A DNA stretch of 32,088 nt from Candidatus Woesearchaeota archaeon (GCA_014729345.1 WJKB01000107.1:1-32088), one strand, 5' to 3'; counted from the first letter of the stretch, positions 16,470 through 23,773 are shown. The notes: a model not told the origin generated them from the letters alone. Translations and numbers: made by a program.

Positions 16470-16700
16470 CCGAACTAATCCCTGCCTGAATGTCAGAAAT
16501 CAAGGATTGATTGCTGATCATCCTAGAAATTCACTGAATTTCTACGAGGCAGGGGTATTTACCGTTGGGTTTTTGGAACAACAAAATCTTATAAAGATTT
16601 TGTGTCCAAGAAACGCTTTGCGTTTCTTTGGATTGAAAATCTCGTACTAAAGTGCGGGGTATTTGAATCCCAATGAAAATCCCGCAAGCGAGATTTTCAA
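16470..16700. other. Palindrome-dense non-coding region (candidate structured RNA or protein-binding array)
   Basis: There are five consecutive inverted repeats. (1) CCCTGCC 16480-16486 pairs with GGCAGGG 16548-16554 and encloses AGGAT/ATCCT and the 19-bp palindrome AGAAATTCACTGAATTTCT (16525-16543). (2) A perfect 10-bp hairpin ACAAAATCTT-ATA-AAGATTTTGT lies at 16581-16603. (3) TCCAAGAAACGC/GCGTTTCTTTGGA lies at 16605-16632. (4) The 12-bp pair TTGAAAATCTCG/CGAGATTTTCAA (16633-16644 and 16689-16700) encloses (5) TGCGGG/CCCGCA. No ORF is present. Confidence 0.4.
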
Positions 16701-16711
16701 TAACAAAAAGA

Positions 16712-16852
16712 TGCGAGGGGAGGGATTCGAACCCTCGGACACACTAAGTGACAGGATATCTTAAGGTACAACCTTAAGTGTCTTCTTAAGTCCTGCGCAT
16801 TTGGCCAAAGCCCTGTAAAATGGCTTTATTGACCAGACTTTGCTACCCTCGC
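16712..16852 (-). tRNA. tRNA-Leu (anticodon UAA) with two introns (16801-16828 in the D-loop, 16758-16784 at 37/38)
   Basis: The minus strand reads GCGAGGG-TA-GCA-AAGTCTGGTCAA[28 nt]A-TGC-G-CAGGA-CTTAAG[27 nt]A-TCCTG-(15-nt variable arm TCACTTAGTGTGTCC)-GAGGG-TTCGAAT-CCCTC-CCCTCGC-A. The mature length is 86 nt, a class II tRNA with discriminator A. No CCA is encoded. Confidence 0.85.
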
Positions 16853-16877
16853 ATATAGCACATGAAAACAAAAACTG

Positions 16878-16885
16878 TTTATAAA
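16878..16885 (-). promoter_or_regulatory. TATA box (TTTATAAA) for tRNA-Leu
   Basis: This palindromic TATA element is centred about 29 nt upstream of the tRNA 5' end at 16852. Confidence 0.45.
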
Positions 16886-16891
16886 CTTTGC

Positions 16892-17314
16892 CTAATTCAG
16901 CAGAAACTGACATTCACCATCGTCAGGCTCGATCCTGTACCTTGACTTCACTCTTGTGCCGTACTCCCATTCATCATGCCCTCTCTCGTGAGCATCAACC
17001 TCATCCCAAAGCGCCTGAGCATATATATCCCTGCACATGCCCATCTTGATGCTTCCAAGCCATGTATAGCCCAGAAGGCCCTCATTGCCTGATCTCGAAA
17101 AAAGCTCAATAACCTTTAATGGAAGGTTTCCTGAGAAATCCCTTCTGGCTCTGTTCAGTTGTTTCTCATATGAGAAAGGGGCATATTCCATAGCAGGGAG
17201 AGGGTTCTTGTAACCTTTGCCTGAATAAGACCAGGAAAGATCTTTGGCTGCTTCAACAGTTTTGGCTATCTCCTGCTCTTTCCGGGACTGCTGCCTGTGT
17301 GACACAAAATCCAT
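16892..17314 (-). CDS. Small hypothetical protein with an HExxH motif (possible minimal zincin)
   Basis: 140 aa with no TM. It contains ...EGLLGYTWLGSIKMGMCRDIYAQALWDEVDAHERGHDEWEYG..., that is, HERGH about 30 residues after a GxLG strand. A TATA-like TAATATTTAT is centred about 31 nt upstream of the ATG. Confidence 0.5.
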   Translation of the reverse strand: MDFVSHRQQSRKEQEIAKTVEAAKDLSWSYSGKGYKNPLPAMEYAPFSYEKQLNRARRDFSGNLPLKVIELFSRSGNEGLLGYTWLGSIKMGMCRDIYAQALWDEVDAHERGHDEWEYGTRVKSRYRIEPDDGECQFLLN

Positions 17315-17445
17315 ATTTTTCTATCAGAAGATTCCCAGACATAAATATTATCATGTGCTCCAGCATATATTTATGGGACAGAGATGCAATAAAAACAGCA
17401 GATTTAAATACTTATCCAGCCTAATACCCAAAAAAGGTGATAAAC

Positions 17446-18321
17446 ATGGGATTCAAGGAATTCTTAAAGGACAAGAACAACTGGATAATCGTACTGCTTA
17501 TACTGCTTTTCGGAGCCATGGCTTTTGGAAACATAGGACTTTCTGTGGCCAGGTTTACAGGGATGGAAAAGGCTTATGCTCCAACTGCAGACTATGCAGA
17601 GGCAGCCTACAGAGGAGGAGGCTATTACCCCCAGCCTTCAGGTGATTTTGCTCCTGAGATTGAGGACAGGATGATAACAAAGACAGCGTCGCTTTCAACT
17701 GAAGTCGAAAGGGAGCGTTATCAACAGGCTGAGAACACTCTCAGGTCTGTAGTGACATCTTCTGATTCACTCATACTGAACGAGAACGTAAACACCCATG
17801 GACAGGAAAGGAGGGAATACAAGACAGGATCTTACCAGATAAAAGTGGAGACAGGCAAATACAGCTCAGTGCTTCAGCAGCTGAAGAATATAGGGGAGGT
17901 GCAGTCCTTCAGCGAGCGTATGGATGACATAACAGGACAGTACCAGGATCTCAGCGTAGAACTTGAGGCAGAAAGGTCAAGGCTGCAGAGATACCAGCAG
18001 ATGTATGAACAGGCTACTGAGATATCGGACAAGATAGAGCTGAGCGACAGGATATTCAACCAGGAGAGGACAATAAGGTATTATGAAGAGATGCTTGAGA
18101 ACTTGGGACAGAGGGTGACCTACTCGACCATAAACTTCAGGATGACTGAAAAACAATCAGAGTACGCAAATGTGATGTTCGTCAGGTTCTCACAGCTTGT
18201 CAGGACCATAGTCGGCAGCATAAACAGCCTACTGCAGTTCCTGTTTGCGGTGGCGCCATGGGTTATCGTGATAGGTGCTGGGGCACTGATAGTGAAAGCG
18301 GTCAAAAGAAAGAGAAGCTAA
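17446..18321 (+). CDS. DUF4349-like membrane-anchored coiled-coil protein
   Basis: I prefer the ATG at 17446, which has AGGTGA 5 nt upstream; the track starts at a GTG at 17437. It has an N-terminal TM, a central region (...YSSVLQQLKNIGEVQSFSERMDDITGQYQDLSVELEAERSRLQRYQQM...YSTINFRM) matching my memory of DUF4349, and a C-terminal TM. Confidence 0.65.
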   Translation: MGFKEFLKDKNNWIIVLLILLFGAMAFGNIGLSVARFTGMEKAYAPTADYAEAAYRGGGYYPQPSGDFAPEIEDRMITKTASLSTEVERERYQQAENTLRSVVTSSDSLILNENVNTHGQERREYKTGSYQIKVETGKYSSVLQQLKNIGEVQSFSERMDDITGQYQDLSVELEAERSRLQRYQQMYEQATEISDKIELSDRIFNQERTIRYYEEMLENLGQRVTYSTINFRMTEKQSEYANVMFVRFSQLVRTIVGSINSLLQFLFAVAPWVIVIGAGALIVKAVKRKRS

Positions 18322-18324
18322 GCA

Positions 18325-18346
18325 TTTTTCTTTTTTTATTTCTTTT
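18325..18346 (+). terminator. Oligo-T tract downstream of the DUF4349 gene
   Basis: TTTTTCTTTTTTTATTTCTTTT lies immediately after the stop at 18321. Archaeal termination typically uses oligo-T runs. Confidence 0.5.
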
Positions 18347-18362
18347 ATGACACAGCCTGTCA

Positions 18363-20450
18363 TCAAGAGCACACTATCTTGAGTATCTCATCACCGTACT
18401 TCATTATCTTGGCAGGTCCTAACCCGTGGATCCTCTCAAGGTCTGCCCTTGTAAGGGGCATCTCCATGGCTATGTAGTTAAGGGTCTTGTCATGCAATAT
18501 GCAGTAGGCAGGAAGACCTGTCTTTTCGCTCAGATGCTTTCTCCATCCCTTTAGCCTAGCCAGCAGATCATTTGACCTGACTACGCTGAATTCCTGCTTA
18601 TCGACCTTTCCCTCTATGATGTCACTCATGCCTTCTGTGATAAAGCTTGTATGGCTTTTTCCATGATATGAAAGGTAAAGGCTTTTCCTGGCCCTGCTCA
18701 TGGCCACGTAAAAAAGCCGTTTCTCCTCCTCTTCCTTGTCATACTCATCCATCTTTATCATCTCAACAACAGGATGCTCGCTGCCTCGACAGGGGAAATT
18801 GTTGGATGTGCAGCCTATGACAAACACTGCATCAGCCTCCATACCTTTGATAGCGTGGATGGTTGCAAGAGTGACATCATCCTTTGCTGCAGAGACTGAT
18901 CTTTTCAGCTCATCACTCCTGATGATATGAGGGATCTTCCTCTGCTTCATGAGCGCTGAAAGCTCGTTCAGCTGCCTGTTGGTTCTGGCAAGCACGAATA
19001 TCTCGCTTCCGGGCAGTTTGGAGGCACTTATTGCCTGCATCACAAACTCAAACTCAGCAGACTCTGTATCAAAGCCTAAAAGCTTGATATCCTTTTCCCC
19101 TTCTGCATCTGCCTCCAGGTCAGCGAGGCCCATCTTCCTTATCGACTCGTTGATAAGGCTGACGATGGGAGTGGTGGACCTGTAGTTCCTCTTAAGCGTG
19201 ACTGTCTCAGATCCGTGATACTTGTCTCCAAAAGCGATTATATGCCTGATGTCAGAACCTCTCCATCCGAAGATAGACTGCCTTGGGTCGCCCACGCAAA
19301 AGAGATTTTTTGGAGAAAGGATGTCGATCAGCATTATCTGAGTGGAGTTAACGTCCTGATATTCGTCCACAAGGACATGATCGAATTTCGGGACCTCGGC
19401 TGGATGGGCCTCAAAAAAGGCTATGGCATCCATCAGCTGGTCTGCAAAGTCCCTGAGACCATTCTTTCTCATATAAGCATCGATATAGCTGCAGATTCCG
19501 AACATCATCCTTGCGCTGGCTGTATGCCTGGTGTCAGCGATGTCAAAGGCAGACTCTTCTATAGGGGTGTTCTTGAACTTGAAATGGTCCCTGAGGAAGA
19601 AACAGTCGTTCAGGAATATCCTGGCCAGCTGCTCGCTGGTCTTGCTTCTCTTCTGGGCAGGGCTGAAATAGGCGTCGATGGCTTTTCTCATGTCAAAGCC
19701 AAGGCTTGAAAGCGCGCGGTTGAGCATCATGACCTTGTCCCTGTATGTCACTACTCTTACAGGTCTGTCATAGACCTTGTCGTTGTGCTTTCTCAGGACC
19801 TTTTCACAGAAGGAGTTGAAGGTCTCTATCTGCACCTCATGGAAATCTGGCAGCCTTTTCATCATCTCCTGTCTCGCCTTTCTGGTGAAGGTTATGGCAA
19901 GTATCTTCTGCTGCTCCACAGACCTGTACCTGACAAGGTACTCTATCCTCTTTGCAAGCACAGTGGTCTTTCCAGAGCCGGCCCCTGCTATGCACAGCAC
20001 ATGGCTTTTGCTGCAGATGATAGCCTTCTTCTGCTCGTCATTATATCTATCAAGGAAATCTCCAAAAGCAGCAAAGACCTCCCTGTCCCTGTCTGTTATC
20101 TCTGTCTCTATCGCCTCATAGCTGTAGGAAAGCTTCTTCTTGTAAAGCGTGGGTTCAGATATCTCCAGCAAGCCTTTCTCAGTAAGCTCCATGACCTTCC
20201 AGAAGCGGTTGCCTGGCAGAGAGACCATCTGGATCATGCTGTTGGTGATGAGGCTGTCGATCATCTGTCCAAGCTCCTCTTTGCTGTAAGCCATGCTTCC
20301 GTAGCCGGGCAGGTTATAGAGTTTGTTCTTATCTATAGACTTGTTGCTTTCTTCACCCCTGAGAAAATCTATAAGAAGCTTCTTGCCTACTCCAAAAGGT
20401 ATCTCCTGAAGTGCCTTGAGCACGAGAAGATAGTCCAGCTCAGGTTCCAT
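18363..20450 (-). CDS. UvrD/PcrA-family SF1 helicase with an N-terminal RQC-like winged helix and a C-terminal HRDC-like domain
   Basis: 695 aa. Helicase motifs are I (CIAGAGSGKTTV), Ia (AITFTRKA), II (LVDEYQDVN), III (VGDPRQSIFGWRG), IV (NYRS), V (TIHAIKGMEADAV) and VI (YVAMSRARKSL). The N-terminus (LKALQEIPFGVGKKLLIDFLRGEESNKSIDKNKLYNLPGYGSMAYSKEELGQMIDSLI) resembles the RecQ RQC domain. The C-terminus (LARLKGWRKHLSEKTGLPAYCILHDKTLNYIAMEMPLTRADLERIHGLGPAKIMKYGDEIL) resembles HRDC. Confidence 0.85.
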   Translation of the reverse strand: MEPELDYLLVLKALQEIPFGVGKKLLIDFLRGEESNKSIDKNKLYNLPGYGSMAYSKEELGQMIDSLITNSMIQMVSLPGNRFWKVMELTEKGLLEISEPTLYKKKLSYSYEAIETEITDRDREVFAAFGDFLDRYNDEQKKAIICSKSHVLCIAGAGSGKTTVLAKRIEYLVRYRSVEQQKILAITFTRKARQEMMKRLPDFHEVQIETFNSFCEKVLRKHNDKVYDRPVRVVTYRDKVMMLNRALSSLGFDMRKAIDAYFSPAQKRSKTSEQLARIFLNDCFFLRDHFKFKNTPIEESAFDIADTRHTASARMMFGICSYIDAYMRKNGLRDFADQLMDAIAFFEAHPAEVPKFDHVLVDEYQDVNSTQIMLIDILSPKNLFCVGDPRQSIFGWRGSDIRHIIAFGDKYHGSETVTLKRNYRSTTPIVSLINESIRKMGLADLEADAEGEKDIKLLGFDTESAEFEFVMQAISASKLPGSEIFVLARTNRQLNELSALMKQRKIPHIIRSDELKRSVSAAKDDVTLATIHAIKGMEADAVFVIGCTSNNFPCRGSEHPVVEMIKMDEYDKEEEEKRLFYVAMSRARKSLYLSYHGKSHTSFITEGMSDIIEGKVDKQEFSVVRSNDLLARLKGWRKHLSEKTGLPAYCILHDKTLNYIAMEMPLTRADLERIHGLGPAKIMKYGDEILKIVCS

Positions 20451-20524
20451 GAAGGTGCGGGGACTGCCTGGATTTAATAATTTTTTGATACTGCAGGATA
20501 TACTATATCAGGCGGTTCCTGGTA

Positions 20525-22450
20525 TCAGTAGTTCACAAGCACTTCCACGTCCTTGCCGAAGATATTCTTCAGATCGTCGAAGATAGGCTGCTTGATAAAG
20601 ACCTTTGGAGGGATCTCCACCTTGGCCAGGGCTTTTTCAAGCTCTTCAAGAGATGAGGACTTGACTGTGCCGAGGCTTCCGTCTTTCTGGATCTTCGCCT
20701 TTGAGATATCTTTCTCCTCGTGATCCACATCATGGATTATGAACGCATCATCACCCAGAAGGATGACCTCGCCGTACTTGTTTCCGTGCTTGACCCTTAT
20801 CTTTGTCTTTTCAAGCTCCCTGCCTCTCTTTCTCTGCATGTATTCCACAAGGAACTTCATGAATTCCCTGGAGTTTTTCTTGACTGTCTCTACTTCCTGC
20901 TTTGTCAGCTTCTTTTCGTCATAGTCTTTTTTTGCTTTAAGAAGCTCGTTAAGTATCCTCAGGTATTTGGCAGGTATCTTTCCGCTGCTGATCATCTCAT
21001 CCTCAAATACCTTGACGATCTCCACGTCACCAACCTTCTCGATGCCTTCAAGCCTGAGCACGTCCCTGATCATGGTGACTACTGAGTCATAGACCTGCAC
21101 CATGGATTCCTCTTCCTTGGTCTTCTCTATCTGGGAGAAAAGCTTCTTGATCCTCTTGAGGTAGTTTTGGGCGTCAGCAAGCAGCTGGTCGACCTCTTTA
21201 CCAGCAACCTTTTTCTTGGTGCCGTGCTCTATGTCTTTCCTAACACCTATCACGTTCTCGAGTATCTTGACATATTTGTCCTCGATGAGCTTCTCTTTCT
21301 TCACAAGTATATCCCTCATGATCTCAGGCGTTTCCCTTGGAGCAGGCGGCGGCACGCCGTATAGCATAAGAGCTGCCTGGGAAGGGGTCAGGAGGGCATA
21401 ATACACGTCCTCCATCCCTATATCATTGAGCTTCAGCTGGACCCTCTTAAGCATCTGGTCCCCTGAATTCATAAACATGTCGATAGCTTCTGCAGAAGGC
21501 TTGATCTTTCCCATCCTGAGAAGCTGCTTCCAGGGCATGAACATACCCCTGTCATAGAAAGGCACACCATCCCTCAAAAGAGTGAATATGATGGGGTTGG
21601 CCTCCTTGAGGGAGTCCCAGAAGTCTGTAAGTATATAGACCTGTATGTTCAGCTTGTTCTTTATGCCGGTCATCTCGCCGGCCTCAATACCCATGCCGAT
21701 TATGATGGCTCTCAGCTTGTCCTTGAGCTCTGCTCTGGTCATCTTCTTGACGTCAGTGTCGTCGATTACGATCCAGACGTCGATATCAGAAGTCTTTGTG
21801 GCCCTGCCCTGGACAAGAGACCCTGCAAGCACATAGCTTACGATGTATTTCTCAAACTTCTTCAGCACCATGGACTTGTGGATCTCAGCAATCTTGATAG
21901 CCTGCATCATACCTGTATCATGTACAGGCGCAGAAAGCGCGAGGGTCTGCAATAGCTCATATTTTCCGTCATAGCATGACTGCCAAAGCTCAGAGAGCAA
22001 TACAATTTCAGGGATAAGGTTCTCATCGATCTCCTTGGCGATATTGTCCATGATCGCCAGCAGTTTCTGCTTGAGCTCAGACTTTGACATCTTCTTGGAG
22101 TCAGAATCATCCACAAGGTTCATGACCCAGAACTTGTCCTTGTCGATCTTCTCACCTTCCTTTGGCTTGGGCGGAGGTGCAAGGGATACGCCTATGATAT
22201 ATTTGTCAAACTTCTCCAGGGCCTTTTTCTTGAACTTCTCGATCTTTGATTTTATCTGCTTCAGCTTCTCCTCCTGCTCCTTGGACAGCTGAGGTTTTCC
22301 TCCAGGACCAAGGGGCACAGCAGGGCTGGGCCTGATAGGCGGCTGGGGCTTCATGGGCCCCTGCATGGTGGGTGAGAAAGGCACAGGAGACTGCTCTTTT
22401 CCAGAAGAAGGACTCTTTGACTTGCTCTTGTTTGATCGTTTTTTGGCCAT
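20525..22450 (-). CDS. Multidomain protein: disordered basic/Pro-rich N-terminus, two tandem nucleotidyltransferase-fold domains, helical HEPN-like region and a small C-terminal domain
   Basis: 641 aa. The second NTase copy has the canonical minimal-NTase signature AGSLVQGRATKTSDIDVWIVIDD. The first copy aligns to it (KFDKYIIGVSLA...IDKDKFWVMNLVDDSDSKKMSKSELKQKL against KFEKYIVSYVLA...SDIDVWIVIDDTDVKKMTRAELKDKL) but has a Pro/Lys insertion. An Rx4H motif (VRKDIEHG) lies in the helical region. GAGAGGTAA lies upstream of the ATG. Confidence 0.7.
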   Translation of the reverse strand: MAKKRSNKSKSKSPSSGKEQSPVPFSPTMQGPMKPQPPIRPSPAVPLGPGGKPQLSKEQEEKLKQIKSKIEKFKKKALEKFDKYIIGVSLAPPPKPKEGEKIDKDKFWVMNLVDDSDSKKMSKSELKQKLLAIMDNIAKEIDENLIPEIVLLSELWQSCYDGKYELLQTLALSAPVHDTGMMQAIKIAEIHKSMVLKKFEKYIVSYVLAGSLVQGRATKTSDIDVWIVIDDTDVKKMTRAELKDKLRAIIIGMGIEAGEMTGIKNKLNIQVYILTDFWDSLKEANPIIFTLLRDGVPFYDRGMFMPWKQLLRMGKIKPSAEAIDMFMNSGDQMLKRVQLKLNDIGMEDVYYALLTPSQAALMLYGVPPPAPRETPEIMRDILVKKEKLIEDKYVKILENVIGVRKDIEHGTKKKVAGKEVDQLLADAQNYLKRIKKLFSQIEKTKEEESMVQVYDSVVTMIRDVLRLEGIEKVGDVEIVKVFEDEMISSGKIPAKYLRILNELLKAKKDYDEKKLTKQEVETVKKNSREFMKFLVEYMQRKRGRELEKTKIRVKHGNKYGEVILLGDDAFIIHDVDHEEKDISKAKIQKDGSLGTVKSSSLEELEKALAKVEIPPKVFIKQPIFDDLKNIFGKDVEVLVNY

Positions 22451-22599
22451 TTTTATTACCTCTCAAGATACTTTCGGTTTACTATCAGTGTATCTTGTTG
22501 TATCAGTTATAAGTTCTGTCGACGGATAAATCTATCACTACTCTAATTTAAAGACCATATCCCTTTATAAACATTTGTAGGATTAAGCATATACAACTG

Positions 22600-22660
22600 T
22601 GACATTTATGTCATTGACAAGACTTATGAAAAAAAGACATGAAACTATGACATTTTTGTC
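22600..22660. promoter_or_regulatory. Two copies of a 13-bp palindromic motif TGACATTTWTGTC (operator-like)
   Basis: TGACATTTATGTCA lies at 22600-22613 (6-bp arms TGACAT/ATGTCA). TGACATTTTTGTC lies at 22648-22660. They match at 12 of 13 positions, are spaced 48 bp start to start, and sit inside the 474-bp divergent intergenic region. Confidence 0.4.
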
Positions 22661-22924
22661 TCGCAATAGTGGACTTCTTTATCTAAATATATATAAATCC
22701 CAAGATCTTACTGCATATTGCAGGATAAAAAAGTCTCACGGTGTTTAGAGCATGATGTTAAGAGTTACAGGTGGTTAGGTTTTTAGAATATCAGTCAACA
22801 ATGATAGGACAACATCATGATAGAAGCAGATCATAGCAAAAAAATGCAGGAACAGCATACAAGAAAAGAACACATAAGCCAACAGGCCAAAAGCGAAAAG
22901 TTTATATAATCAGGGAGCGTAAAA

Positions 22925-23728
22925 ATGACAGGAGCAAGCATAGCAGATTATGTAGCAGGTGACAGTTATATGCCCAAGAAAAAACAGCAGGCAAAGAACA
23001 TCGAGGATATTGTTTCCGCATGGAGAGATAGAAAACCTTCTGAGCATGTCAAGATCTATGGAGAGCATATGCACACAGATAATCAGGCAGACCTTATGAA
23101 CAACGTATTCACCACAGCAGTTGACGATGCTTACAACACTTTTGTCCAGCAAGTAGAAAAGGTCGGAAAAAAAGACGATGAAAAGATAAGCAAGGAAGAT
23201 GAGATGTACCAGGTGCTTAACGCTTACATGGAAGCATTCGTAAAGAAGCTCAATCCCAAAGCGTTCAAGCTGTTTGAGGAGGAGGTCAAGGACGGTCTCA
23301 CAAAAGAGAGCCAGAAACACGAGCAACTGCTCACACTTTACCAGAATGTAGTAGGCCAGGAGGCTGCAAGAGATATTATGCAGTATGCAGCTGAAATCAA
23401 GAGAAAAGGCTTGAAGGTAAGGGACCTGAAGACCAGACTCAGGGAATCAAAAGACGAGACCGCTAAGGCAGCCATGGGCAAGCTAAATGAAAGAGCTTTT
23501 ACAATGCATATAGATCATCTTGATCCAGGATTGTATCAGCAGGAGCTTCACAAGCAGCTGCAGTCAAAAGGATATGATTTTGAGGACGCTGCCAAGAAAG
23601 CGCAGTTCTATACCACACCAGCTCAGGCACTGACAGGCTTCCATCAGGGACTTGTATCTGATGCTTTATCTGGAAAGGCGTATAAAGAGATAGGCGTTAA
23701 GAAAAAGGAAGGAAAGAAGGCAGAATAG
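22925..23728 (+). CDS. Hypothetical soluble alpha-helical Lys/Glu-rich protein
   Basis: 267-aa ORF with no TM and no motif I recognise. An alternative start at 22970 (MPKKKQQ...) has AGGTGA 7 nt upstream and lies downstream of a TTTATATAA box at 22901-22909, so the true start may be 22970. Confidence 0.55.
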   Translation: MTGASIADYVAGDSYMPKKKQQAKNIEDIVSAWRDRKPSEHVKIYGEHMHTDNQADLMNNVFTTAVDDAYNTFVQQVEKVGKKDDEKISKEDEMYQVLNAYMEAFVKKLNPKAFKLFEEEVKDGLTKESQKHEQLLTLYQNVVGQEAARDIMQYAAEIKRKGLKVRDLKTRLRESKDETAKAAMGKLNERAFTMHIDHLDPGLYQQELHKQLQSKGYDFEDAAKKAQFYTTPAQALTGFHQGLVSDALSGKAYKEIGVKKKEGKKAE

Positions 23729-23773
23729 GCTTATCATCACTGTTCTAAAGGGTGTTAGATCTGAGGATAAGAT

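Noticed and set aside
16470-16700. Interpretations of the palindrome block as a replication origin (ORB elements), C/D-box or H/ACA guide RNA, SRP RNA, or a tRNA-like element
   Set aside because: There is no orc1/cdc6 gene nearby and no ORB-like G-string repeats. The only C-box-like word (ATGATCA, minus strand) is non-canonical, and a CUGA lies just 18 nt away. The 12-bp-stem hairpin is followed by ACA, but its internal loop is 8 nt against 2 nt, which is not a pseudouridylation pocket. GGGATTCAAATACCC has an A-A closing mismatch and is not adjacent to an acceptor stem.
17244-17645. 133-aa plus-strand ORF bridging the 16892-17314 gene and the DUF4349 gene
   Set aside because: It overlaps two better-supported genes in other frames. 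Its Cys/Arg-rich translation is typical of off-frame reading.
22740-22830. C/D-box sRNA (ATGATGT and CTGA words) in the 22.8 kb region
   Set aside because: The box spacing does not give the 12-nt guide, D' and C' architecture, and the C box is imperfect.
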